Source of the DNA: Caecitellus pseudoparvulus
Taxonomy: Eukaryota; Protista; Bigyra: Bicosoecida
NCBI GenBank assembly: GCA_965644315.1
Contig: CBFFRQ010000069.1
Span: forward strand, 868,001-932,000
Length of the DNA: 64,000 nt
Direction of reading: 5' to 3'
Shown: piece by piece, positions 20,901 through 31,170 of the stretch
How positions within the stretch are numbered: the first letter of the stretch is position 1
How the letters are laid out: every line of letters begins with the position of its first letter
Made by a program: the position numbers and the translations under genes
The notes under the pieces: model-generated
Seen by the model: only the letters and a program-made list of their open reading frames with translations
The model's database searches: none
What the model was told of the DNA's origin: nothing

Positions 20901-23525
20901 TCCCGGCCAGGACAGGAAGGTGCCACCCAGTCAGAAGAGCATGGCCATGGTGCTGACGCCGAAGTTGAGGATGTCGGAGCAGCCAAGCTTGCAGTCGATG
21001 TTGTGGCCGTTCCTTCAGTGCGGAAGCCGGCCACTGCCCTTCAGAGCCCCCGAAAGCGGCGCAAGAGGCGGCGCAAGAAGCGCACCAGACCTGAAGGAGG
21101 CGAGCGAGGAGCGTCACGTCTAACCCCGCAGCAGCAAGCCGCTCGCATCGCAGGCCAGAAACGGCGAGCGGCCAGGACACGCAAGCAGGATGCTGCTTCT
21201 GTCGAGCGGTTGAAGACGTTGGCTGTGTTCATGCGTTGGCTCATCGTGTTGGCGTTCTGGAGACCCCCCGCTCGCCTGAACCCCTCCAAGTTGACCCCTG
21301 AAGCACAGATGGAAGTGGACCTGAAAGAAGTACGCCTTGTGAAGGTCACAGATGCCGCCCTCAAGACTGTGCAATCGGCGCTGGGCCACATTGTTGGTCC
21401 TGTGCTGGCGCACTTCGCGAACCAGCGCGACCCAGGCCAAGGTGCGCTAGTCACTGGCGCAGCTCTTTGCACGCTTCTGAACATCCCCTCACCGTGCTGG
21501 GCGTCAGCAGGCAAGGTTATTCGGCGGAAGGGCTTTGTCAGAAAGCTCGGGCTCGTACATCCCTCCCTACTCTCCAAGAACGCCCAGCGGGATGCCAGAT
21601 TCGTGCTGCGAGCACATGCAAAGCATAGCATTGATATCAACAACGGTCTCCGGCGCATTCAAGGATATGTGGACGGAGTCCGCGGCGACGGCTATGGCTC
21701 GCTGGGGCTCAAGCGGGCAATCAAGGAGGCAGGCACGCATACCACAGCGGCGTCGCTAGGCCCCCCGGAGACAACAGTCATGGATGAAGTAGAGGACGTG
21801 CTACACATGTGGTGCTTGCTCACCGCATTTTGGATGCCGATGGATGACTCAACCACAGTGACCTCTGGAGGCAGCACGTTTCACCTGGACGAAGAGGTCG
21901 TCGACATCTTCAGGAAGAAGGGATTCTCGAACCCCAAGGCGGCAGCGTCAGCTGCTGCTGCTGCCGCCGCTGCCGAGTATGCAGAGGGGAGGGACCTTGG
22001 CAGTATCCTGCACAAGCGTGGTTTGGACTTGAGCCCAGACCAGATCCAGCACTTTGTCCGGATGTACGAGGCACAGGCTCCCAGGCTGGGCCAAGCGGCT
22101 GCACCGCACGGCCAAGGCGCATCCGCTGAAGTGGTTGCCATGATGGCATCCCCATCCCCCTCACCGACTGACTTCGGCGAGCATCGACAGCTGACCGCCT
22201 CACCCATCGACGTTTTCGGGCCTGCAACAAGTGCTGCTGAGGCCTCACCAGGCAGCGCTCCGCCCACGCCAGTCATGCGAGAGCGACCCGCTCAACGGCC
22301 CAGCCCACAGCCCAGCCCGCATCAGATGCCTGGTACTCTTGCCGCCTTAAGGACTCGCTTGTTGTCTGATGCAAGCCAAGCACGGCAGGCGTCTTGTGAC
22401 AGCAGGGATACCTCGCTTCCCCTCTCGGATGTTCCACCCCTAGCAGAGGCGAAGGCGCTGCTGCTGGCCGTGCTGTCTGAGCCCGAGATTCGCAGTGAGC
22501 TGCAGTGCATGGACCCATGGGCATCTCCTGCCGCTCGATCTGTTGCTTGCATGGCAGCTGCGATACTGGGCGAGCGGGCCCCAACTTGGGCCTGGTTTCG
22601 CCATGCTGTGCGCAAAGGAGGCCTGGTGTTCCATGCTGCACAAGAGGCCACACCTGCATCGCTCGTGGATGCAGCCCGGAGCCGCGCGCTTACTGCCCTG
22701 GAGCTGCGACAACTTCATACTGTGCAGCCTGATCTGCTGCGCCAGCTGCCGCTTGGCTTAGCAGCCATGCTGCAGTGGGGGCGGGCGCTGACAGCGCAGC
22801 CTGCTGCGGGGAGCAAGAAGGTCTCCATTCCTCGCTGTGTGCGCCTGGCCAACATGGCAGGGTCCCCCTTACCCACCCCAGTACTTTCAAGTGACGCAGT
22901 GTTCTCCGACTGGGTTCATTGCAACGTGCTCCTCGCGGCGGCAGCAGCCCGCGGCCACCTGGCCAGGTGGGCGCGCAAGCCCAAGCTTCAGGCTGTGCTG
23001 GACCCCTCCACACCGCTGGGCAGGGCGAAAAGGTCCATCAGCCGCTGTGGCCCTGCCGCCTTAAAGAGTATCCTTGCACTGCGACCTTTCCCTCGCATTG
23101 CAGCTCGAGTGGCGTGCGCGCTGGCAGCGCTCTTCGGAAAAGGAGCAACCGGCGAAGGGGTGAAGGATGTCATGCGCAGCGCGAATTTGCATGCTGCTCT
23201 GCTCACTGTGACGAGTGCGGACGTAGAGAGCTTGCGTTTCATGATGCAGCGCATGCGGCATTGGCTGCTTGTGTCAACTTCACCGGGGGCGGTTCTTGAT
23301 GCCTGCCACAGAGTACAGTGCCCCGCTCTCTCAGCAATTGTGCGTTGGGTGTTGGTGTTTACAGACACAGTTGCTTCCCAAGTGGAGCGCGTGAGCAGCG
23401 CGTCTGAGCCAGACTTGGTGGGTGACGACCTGGAGCTGAAGAGCACCCTCAACACCATCCAAGTTGATGTGGTTGCTGAAGTCCAGGCTATGGTCCAGAA
23501 GGGGGAGGGGGAGGCCGCCCAGTGA
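17921..23525 (+). CDS. Large C2-like + IQ-motif protein with four dynein MTBD-like repeats
   Basis: Exon 1 17921-18059 and intron 18060-18153 (GTGCGT...CACAG) join in frame to the long ORF. IQ motifs IQATWRGHLGR and IQALLRQKLAQ. C2-like segment ~19030-19240. Repeated P..A..VACAL..L.G helical units. Confidence 0.7.
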
Positions 23526-23536
23526 TGAGAAATGCA

Positions 23537-26500
23537 TTACTCCTCGTCAACGGCTGTGTTGTTCAGGGTCCCCCGGCATGCTGGTGTCCCGCACTTGCAC
23601 GTCGCCAACTTCTCAGCGTACGGGAACTGGTAGTCGTACGTCAGCTCCTGGCCAGGGGCAATGGCACGACCTGCATACACAAATACCCGGCGGCGATCGG
23701 AGTTGCGCCTTGCCCGAGAGTGCAGCCTCCTGCCGATGAAAGCAAGCGGGGGGGGAAGGGATGCGGCTTGTTGGCGCGAGGTTGGGTCAGCAGCAGTGTA
23801 GGGGCCTGCGTACCCCATGCCTCGCTGAGCAGGTGGTATGACCTGTCCTTCAGCCCACAAATCAATGGCCTGATCAGACTTGGAAGTATCCTGCGCTTTG
23901 CCGAGGCTGCGCTCAACTGCTGGCAAGGTAGCCACAGCGTAGCAGTTTGGGTCGCAGGAGTGGTTGATGTACCTTGCACGTCCCCCGAACACAGAGGCGT
24001 CGATTGCTTCGTGCTGCCCAATCCGGAACATGTAGTCGGCCACGCCGGCGGCGCCGTACTTCCCCTCGCGTAGCTCACAAACCCCACCAGACACGATCTC
24101 TCCTACGTACTCGGCCACAACATCATCCAATGGCACTGGCCGTGTCGCGTACAGGCCCGCACCGTCAATGCTGGACCTGCCCATCTTCAAGGAGCCCACG
24201 GACCACCTTGCCCGCCGACTGAGGACGTCCAACGAAATGACGCCATTGTATCCAGAGCCCCACCCAGGGTGTGACGCTTCAGGTACCGGGGAGCTGGACG
24301 CAGAAATGCTGACGGCGCGCCGTTTCGCATGGGGCTCCGCGGAAACCACTGCTGACGCCAATGCACGGCCTTCCGTGCCCTGGGCTCGTCCATAGACTTC
24401 AGGAAGCTCGAGGACTCCTGGCGGCGCGGCAGCATACTGCTGCTTCAAACGGGTACGTTGCAACCAAGTGCTGTGTCCTTCAGCACGTGCGCAGCCTTCG
24501 TTCGGAAAGAGCAAGGACTCAGCCATGGCGCTCCTCCACGCAACCAAGGATCCCAGCACTCCTGCCTCACATTCCAAGGGAGAATCCTGCGGGGATGGTT
24601 TGCTTGACGAAGCATGCAGTGCCTGTGCTGCCTCCCTCACAGCTATCGCTGAAAACACGGCATCTTCATTGGCAGGGGTGCACCCAAGCACTGCGTGCGA
24701 TTGCACAGTATGAGCTATTGGCTTTGGAAGACTTGCGCGCAGGGCGGCGTACACCTGGCATTGTGCAGCTCCGCTGGGAGGTGTCGGTTCTCCGAACAAG
24801 ACTGACCCAGGCTCCCGACCGTGAAGCACGTCCACAACACAGGACAGCAGCTGCGCACAGAAAGTGATGGGTCTGCCGCCCTTGCTTTGGGTGCTGGGGT
24901 GGGAGCCGGGCCACGGTACTCCGAATGCCATGCAGAGTCCCTGAAGAAGCGGGGGATTGGGCAGAACTGCGGATCCTGCTACAGCATCATCATGCACACC
25001 TAACCCCATCCTGCACCGGACGTGATCGACTGCTGCACCCAAAGTAGGCGAGTCCGGTGTCTGTGATGATGCCAGCCCCAGGGCGCGGCTGCAACCAATG
25101 CTGTCTAGCAGCTGCCGAAGGACTGCGTACCTGCCGCGCAGCCGTTCACCAATGAGGGCCGCACTTTCGATGGGGCTCTGCACGCGCCCATCGCCCATCA
25201 CCCGGCACCTGACTTGTTTATGCCGGCACTCGTGAGGCTTCCCGGTCCTGCACCCTGCGCACTGGGTGGGGTCGCCTTGCAGCGTACCAACCACCTGCAC
25301 AGCTTGAGAGGGGAGCTGCCATGGTGCGTCAGGCCCTGCCTCCTGTGGGAGAGACTTGGACACTTGAAGCACAGCAGCCTCAGCAGCTCCCTGCAGCACA
25401 GCGGGAGTCAGCTTCTCTGATGTGGCTCGCAGTGCAGCGATGACTGTTGGAACGACGTTGGCCCGGGCAGAAGCTTCGGTGTGTCGCGACCGCAATTGCT
25501 TGTCCACAGCCCGCTGCACTTCCGGGCGAAGCACAGCAGAAGGTGGGTCGTGCAAGATGCTTGCCGGCAGCAGCGGAGCATGGGGAGCAAACACCGCATT
25601 GCTCAGGGCGACAGCATCGTACGGTCGCGCCAGCGCGTGCAGGTTCGAAGGCGGCCCCTTAGGACCGCCTGCATCAGGTTGGCCTCCTCGAGCTCCTGGG
25701 GATGTGCGAGCCTGGCTGGACACTTCATGCGAGAGGTTCACGCACAGCAACCACCTGGCGTGGCCTGGTAAGGAATGGAGCCAGTCAATCAAGCTTGCTA
25801 GATACCATCGGAGAGCACTGCCATGGGCATTGCCCCCTTTCCATGTGGAGGGGCGCAGTGCAGAGACAGGATCTTCATGAAGCACTTGAGCAGCCAGCCC
25901 AGCGAGCTCCGCAGCACCTGCTTGCAGCGTCGGCCCAAACCCTGCTGTGCCTTGCGCCACATCGCAGCCAGCGACCATGCGGGGGTGCATGCCTTTCCTG
26001 ATCGCTTCAAGCTGTAGGGGTGTGAGGCCCAGCGGCGGCGACTGCACTGAGGCATCAAGGCCTGCCTGCCCTTCTGCACTGAGCGGAGGCTCTTGCCCGA
26101 ACGGCCAAAAAGTCTGCGGAAAGGCAACAGCCGCCATGGCCTGCTTCAAGAACGAAATTCTGTCAACTGGAACTTCATGCGGCTGAGAGGCAAGGACCCG
26201 CTCAGCCAGATCTGCTGCAGAGGCCCCCCCCCCAGCCCCGGCTGCAGAGCGAAGGAGTAGGAGACGCAAGGCTTGCGCAGCAGCCAGAACTGATGCTAAT
26301 GGACCAACATCGGGCAGAACGGGGAGGGGCTTGCTGCGGTTCGGGGCGAAGGAGACGGCACGGCCACGCAGAAAGCATGTCGCTCTGGGTGCTTGCGGCC
26401 GAAGCAGGGGTGCCGCCCACATCTCCACATCATCTCCTCCAGCTAAACTGCAACCCTGCAGAGAAGGAAAGAGAAGAGACATGACGTCTTCTTCAAAGCC

Positions 26501-29500
26501 GCTTACGGACAATGGGTCTGCAAAGGAAGGCGGTATGCCTCCTGGCACTCTGCTCATGAGTGCACCCTTTGACTCCTGTGAGGCGTACACTTCCTCGACC
26601 AGCTTTTCCCATGCTGCAGCAGCGGCCGGGCTGTGATCTTGCAGAGCCCGGTGCATGCGGTTGTCCACGGGATGCCGCTCTGTCGAGCAGGCCCACCCAA
26701 GAGCAGACGACCACATGCCAAGCTCGCCACGCCGCATGTGCACAGCTGTTGCCCTAGCCTTTGGGGCGGTCATTCCCGAGTGGCACAGCAATGCCGCCAC
26801 GAGCCAGTCAAAGCCCGAGCCGCTTTCAATGGCTTGGGGTCCATGCGCATCACGAATGAGCTCCAGCGCTGGCGCGGAGGCGTCCTTCGCCTCCTCACTG
26901 TCTCCGCCTTGGCTCTTGCCGTGTAAAGAGCACAAGGCTTCTTCGAAAGCCAGGATGCTTGGAGCAACATGCCGCCGATGTAAGCCACTGTCACTGTCAG
27001 ACACATCACCCAGGCCCTGCACACCTAGCCTGTACCTCCACAGCATGTGCCAGTTTCGTGGACCGCATGTCCCGTTTCGAAGGTTATCGTCAGTGCCATC
27101 CCTCTGACGCTTGCGACCACGTTTCTTTGGCTGCCCTGCTGTTGCATCTGCGGCTGCCCCGTCACTGTCGGTGGCACTGGCTGCCTTGTCCTCTCCTGCG
27201 TCACCCGCCTCCTCCCCTGTCGCTTCTGGAGCGTCAGACACAATACCATCAGACTCGCGAGTGCGAGCGATCGGTGCTTGAGCAGGCAGAGAAACGCAAG
27301 CATCGTACCACTCTCTTGCTGCCATGGAATAAGCCAACGCTGCCAAGGTCCTGTTGACTGATTGCCGGGCACCTTTCGTCTCAGCATCGGCGACCGGCAA
27401 AGCACTGGATACAGGTACAGGGCGACTTGTGCTCCACACTGGGTACTTCGGGCCTGTCATTGGAGGAGGAGGCACCAATGGACCCTGCAACACCTTTGGC
27501 AGTGACTTTCGTGCCTGCTCTAGCAGAGCTTCTGCGGCTGCGTTGACCAATGCGTGTTGCGTTGAGGATTCGGACAGCCCTGACACGGCGGGCCGTTCTT
27601 GAGACTGAGCCACGCTAGTTGTGCGGCGAAAGCCAGCACTGGACCCCGACTCTCCGAGGCATGACTTCGAATAAGAAAGCAGTCCCGGAGCAGCAACCAC
27701 TGCTGGTCCAGATGAAACGAGGTCGGTTGGCTGGTTCTTGACCGCCTGCGCCGCCTCATGTGCAGGCATCGCCGAAGGTTGCAGCCTCGAGAGTGCAGCT
27801 TCTGTGCTTGGAGTTGCTGGCGCTGCTGCTGTGGAGTTCAAGGTGGTGGAAGGGGGGCCCCCGTGCATCTGGGGGGCGGGGGGCCGCGATGAGTCCCTCA
27901 GCTTGGCGTGAATATGGGCTTGCAAAGAACCCTTCGCAGGAGCCGATGCTTGGCCTGCGAGACGCCGGTGGCGGTCAGCAGCCCGAGCAACGACAGCATG
28001 CCGCGGCAGTGCGGCACACTGAAGGGCGCTTACGTCAGGTTGGTCATTCTGGAGACTTCGGAGGGCAGGGAGCAGTACTGGCAGCGCAGTTCTGGCGGCA
28101 GCGGCGGGGCACTCCGAGGCAGCTGGGGCGTGCGTCAAGTGAGTGAGCTGAAAAGACGCAAAGCTACTCTTTTCAGCGCCTCTTTCCTCCCTACTTTCAG
28201 ATTCAGGGCAGTCGAACTCATCCCACTCAGCAATGAAGGGGTTTGAAGAGTCAAATGTGTCCTCCACCGCGCTTGACTCTGCCCCCATGGCAGGCTGAGC
28301 CTCCCTCGTTTGTGCCTGGTGCAGCGTGGAACTCATGATAAGCTCACTCAGTACACCCTGGGCTACAGATGCACTCCAAGGAAGGCAGTCTAGAACACTC
28401 CCCACTCCTGCTTGAGTGATCCCCTGCACAAGGCGAGGGTTGCAGCCCCAGGCGAGTTCTCGCACAGGGTGGGCAGGCGCCGCCTGCTGAGCCTCAAGAA
28501 CATGCTGAAGAAGCTGGCAGTGAGCTAGCTGCACCGTCAAGGCAACTTGCTGCTGGCTGTTTGCACGAAGGAGCAAGGGTGTGGCCACGGGAACCGGGGA
28601 CCAAACTTGGTGCTGCCCCGCGAGGATGCTCATGAGCGGCGGCATGGCTCGTGAGACGACACCAGTGACTGAGCACTGCTTGACACACAGTGTACCCCAC
28701 AATGCAGCTTTCTCCTCAGAAGTCATCGGAGCCAGGGGGAGCTTGTCTTGCTCGCTCCCCTCTTGCACTCTGGCCTCGCTGGTTCCGGCGCCTGCATGGC
28801 TTTGCGCTTGGGCAAGCAGATCTTGGGGAAGGTGGGCTGCGAGTCTACGCTTCACAGCTTCTTGTGTTGTTTGGGGGCAAGCCAGCCTCGCGAAAGGCGC
28901 CTCCGTGGCGGGTTTCGTAACGACCAAGTTCGCTTGCTTCCAAAAGTTCTGTACCCACGTCAAGGTGGGCAAGAGAAGAGCTGGAGGAACTGGCAGCGCC
29001 CAAGCAGGGAGCTTGCATGCACCCTTAGCAGAATCGGTGGCCGCTTGGGCGAGCTGCCCCAGCTGCATGGAGGCGAAGGGTTGGTGCCTTTGCTGCACGA
29101 GTTGCCGCACTTCTACGGGCTTGCTCGTCCGGCGCACCGTGTGCCAGATGTCGGCACTGGCACGGTGGCCACGCTGAGAACCCTGCATGGGGATGCCCAG
29201 ACTGGAGGTGAGTGCATGGATCAGTGTGTCCGTGAACACCGCGTGCATGGACCTGGCGCATGTGGCAGGCACTGACGCAACATCGTATGTTCCATGAGAT
29301 ATGGCAACCTGCGCCGCGATACGTCTATGCGTTTCCAGTAGGAATGCCAGGTCAGGTGGGCCTGCGGGTGCAAGCCAAGACAGCAGTTGTTGGTCAGGCG
29401 ACTGCACCTCTTGTACGAGTTCCTCTCTTCCCGCGAGGCTTTCGACACGGAAGACAGCATCAATAGCCTGGTCCTCTGTGGAAAAGAACCCCAATTCCTG

Positions 29501-30763
29501 CAGCCCGCCCTCGGGTTGGCTCCTACCCTGGGCCCTCCACACACACCTCTCTTTGTCCCACTTGATCCTTGCACAGCTGCTTCGTGGAGCCGGCAGCTGC
29601 CCCATAGACAGTGGGTGTTTTACTTGCTGCGAGCGAAAGCTGGCGTGCCAGGCTAGCAGTGGCTGAAGCTGCAGCTGTAAAGCTTGCACAATGCTGCTGA
29701 TGGCACAGGATGTCAGCAGGCCAGCCGGGACAACAGCGTACGAGCCGGCACATGTCGCAGGATGTGGCGGGAACAGGAAAGGGGCCGCCACAGGCACCAG
29801 TGTGTTGGGAGGCGTGTGCTCGCCTGCTGAAGAGCGATCAGTGTCACTTGAGGAAACCAACCCGACGAGGACGTCTTTCGTCTCCAACGGCAGCGGTGAC
29901 GTCGCTCGAAGCACGGCGCGGATGGCTTGCAAGATGCAACTGTAGAGGGCCATTCGCGACAGCTGAGGCCGTGAGAAATCGACGTCTTGCCAGGGAACTG
30001 GAGGCTCCAGCAAGATGCGAGAGCGAAGCATCTTGACTTGGGCACTGCTTGGTGGCCCAGCCAACGGTTGGCGCCGAATGGCGTCGGGGCCACTTCCTGC
30101 CGCCTGCGCCTCGGCCGGGTTCGAGCTCGGAACTGGCTGCGCGCGGGTGAAGACCATGCCGACACCAGGTATATGCTGACTGAGCGCCTTGGCAAGGAAC
30201 TGTGTCACGCTGTGGTCGGCATAAGTCACTTGTACTGAACCTCTGGTTGGCACACGGGTGGCGGCAACTCGTGGAGTGTACGCTGTCAGGCTCGTGCCAC
30301 CGACGCCGAAGACCACGCTTGACTCAGGCAGGCGCCCGCACCCCCCAACAGCATCCAATGCAGCTTCGCACGACGCCAGTTGCTCCTCAAGCTCGGTCAG
30401 CGCCTGGCTCACTTTCACTGTTGATGGGTGCGAAGCATCATGTGGTGGGTCCGCCGTGCTCAAAACGTACGCCGTCCTGTCCACCGGCAGCAGACGGGGA
30501 GCAGGCGAGGAACCCGGGGCCAGCCACGGCCAAGGAATGGACTGGGAGGCTTGCTGTATGGGACGACCAGTTGCCCCACACCAGAGCTGGTTGGCCTCGG
30601 AACAAGCCACTGATACAGCATGTGCTGTTGACACGAAACGCTGGCGCAACGCGGCTGCGCTCGTGTGAGCCTGGTCAGGGCTTTCCTGGCACGCATTTGA
30701 CCCAAGCAGCAGAAGGGGGGCATTTGTCTTGGACACTCTGGGGGGATTCGGGGCGCTCGCCAT
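23537..30763 (-). CDS. SET1/Trithorax-like histone-lysine N-methyltransferase with an N-terminal AP2-like domain
   Basis: C-terminal SET motifs SSIDGAGLYA, VAEYVGE, YMFRI, ARYINHSCDPNC and ELTYDY, followed by post-SET CKCGTPACRG. AP2-like IKWDKERCVWRAQ...ELGFFSTEDQA at ~29440-29575. Confidence 0.85.
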   Translation of the reverse strand: MASAPNPPRVSKTNAPLLLLGSNACQESPDQAHTSAAALRQRFVSTAHAVSVACSEANQLWCGATGRPIQQASQSIPWPWLAPGSSPAPRLLPVDRTAYVLSTADPPHDASHPSTVKVSQALTELEEQLASCEAALDAVGGCGRLPESSVVFGVGGTSLTAYTPRVAATRVPTRGSVQVTYADHSVTQFLAKALSQHIPGVGMVFTRAQPVPSSNPAEAQAAGSGPDAIRRQPLAGPPSSAQVKMLRSRILLEPPVPWQDVDFSRPQLSRMALYSCILQAIRAVLRATSPLPLETKDVLVGLVSSSDTDRSSAGEHTPPNTLVPVAAPFLFPPHPATCAGSYAVVPAGLLTSCAISSIVQALQLQLQPLLAWHASFRSQQVKHPLSMGQLPAPRSSCARIKWDKERCVWRAQGRSQPEGGLQELGFFSTEDQAIDAVFRVESLAGREELVQEVQSPDQQLLSWLAPAGPPDLAFLLETHRRIAAQVAISHGTYDVASVPATCARSMHAVFTDTLIHALTSSLGIPMQGSQRGHRASADIWHTVRRTSKPVEVRQLVQQRHQPFASMQLGQLAQAATDSAKGACKLPAWALPVPPALLLPTLTWVQNFWKQANLVVTKPATEAPFARLACPQTTQEAVKRRLAAHLPQDLLAQAQSHAGAGTSEARVQEGSEQDKLPLAPMTSEEKAALWGTLCVKQCSVTGVVSRAMPPLMSILAGQHQVWSPVPVATPLLLRANSQQQVALTVQLAHCQLLQHVLEAQQAAPAHPVRELAWGCNPRLVQGITQAGVGSVLDCLPWSASVAQGVLSELIMSSTLHQAQTREAQPAMGAESSAVEDTFDSSNPFIAEWDEFDCPESESREERGAEKSSFASFQLTHLTHAPAASECPAAAARTALPVLLPALRSLQNDQPDVSALQCAALPRHAVVARAADRHRRLAGQASAPAKGSLQAHIHAKLRDSSRPPAPQMHGGPPSTTLNSTAAAPATPSTEAALSRLQPSAMPAHEAAQAVKNQPTDLVSSGPAVVAAPGLLSYSKSCLGESGSSAGFRRTTSVAQSQERPAVSGLSESSTQHALVNAAAEALLEQARKSLPKVLQGPLVPPPPMTGPKYPVWSTSRPVPVSSALPVADAETKGARQSVNRTLAALAYSMAAREWYDACVSLPAQAPIARTRESDGIVSDAPEATGEEAGDAGEDKAASATDSDGAAADATAGQPKKRGRKRQRDGTDDNLRNGTCGPRNWHMLWRYRLGVQGLGDVSDSDSGLHRRHVAPSILAFEEALCSLHGKSQGGDSEEAKDASAPALELIRDAHGPQAIESGSGFDWLVAALLCHSGMTAPKARATAVHMRRGELGMWSSALGWACSTERHPVDNRMHRALQDHSPAAAAAWEKLVEEVYASQESKGALMSRVPGGIPPSFADPLSVSGFEEDVMSLLFPSLQGCSLAGGDDVEMWAAPLLRPQAPRATCFLRGRAVSFAPNRSKPLPVLPDVGPLASVLAAAQALRLLLLRSAAGAGGGASAADLAERVLASQPHEVPVDRISFLKQAMAAVAFPQTFWPFGQEPPLSAEGQAGLDASVQSPPLGLTPLQLEAIRKGMHPRMVAGCDVAQGTAGFGPTLQAGAAELAGLAAQVLHEDPVSALRPSTWKGGNAHGSALRWYLASLIDWLHSLPGHARWLLCVNLSHEVSSQARTSPGARGGQPDAGGPKGPPSNLHALARPYDAVALSNAVFAPHAPLLPASILHDPPSAVLRPEVQRAVDKQLRSRHTEASARANVVPTVIAALRATSEKLTPAVLQGAAEAAVLQVSKSLPQEAGPDAPWQLPSQAVQVVGTLQGDPTQCAGCRTGKPHECRHKQVRCRVMGDGRVQSPIESAALIGERLRGRYAVLRQLLDSIGCSRALGLASSQTPDSPTLGAAVDHVRCRMGLGVHDDAVAGSAVLPNPPLLQGLCMAFGVPWPGSHPSTQSKGGRPITFCAQLLSCVVDVLHGREPGSVLFGEPTPPSGAAQCQVYAALRASLPKPIAHTVQSHAVLGCTPANEDAVFSAIAVREAAQALHASSSKPSPQDSPLECEAGVLGSLVAWRSAMAESLLFPNEGCARAEGHSTWLQRTRLKQQYAAAPPGVLELPEVYGRAQGTEGRALASAVVSAEPHAKRRAVSISASSSPVPEASHPGWGSGYNGVISLDVLSRRARWSVGSLKMGRSSIDGAGLYATRPVPLDDVVAEYVGEIVSGGVCELREGKYGAAGVADYMFRIGQHEAIDASVFGGRARYINHSCDPNCYAVATLPAVERSLGKAQDTSKSDQAIDLWAEGQVIPPAQRGMGYAGPYTAADPTSRQQAASLPPPLAFIGRRLHSRARRNSDRRRVFVYAGRAIAPGQELTYDYQFPYAEKLATCKCGTPACRGTLNNTAVDEE

Positions 30764-31170
30764 GGACTCCTCGGGGCATGCAGCAGCAGCCCCGGGAGGA
30801 GTTGGGCACCGTCAAATGGGTCGGGCTGGGCAGCCAAGGTGCAGGGAACTTTGCACTTACTGCAGCCCCGCAGCACAGTGATGCACTGAGTAAGTTCTCA
30901 GTCCCATCGGCCTGTCTGCCCAGCTCAGCGGACATTGTGAGTTTCTGATTTGCGCTGTTTTGTCCACATGCACTGCTACTGCTGAAGCCTAGGCAGCCGT
31001 CTACACTCTCTGAGCGCCGACAAAAGCAACAAGAAGACTTTCTCCCGGGAGGACCATGCAAATACCACTTGATTGTGCTCTACCCCCTTCACACTTGCTG
31101 GAGAGGGCGACGCTGAGTGTGGTGGGGCGCACCGTGCGCGTTTCCCAGGGAGTTTCGCCTGGCTTTCAGC

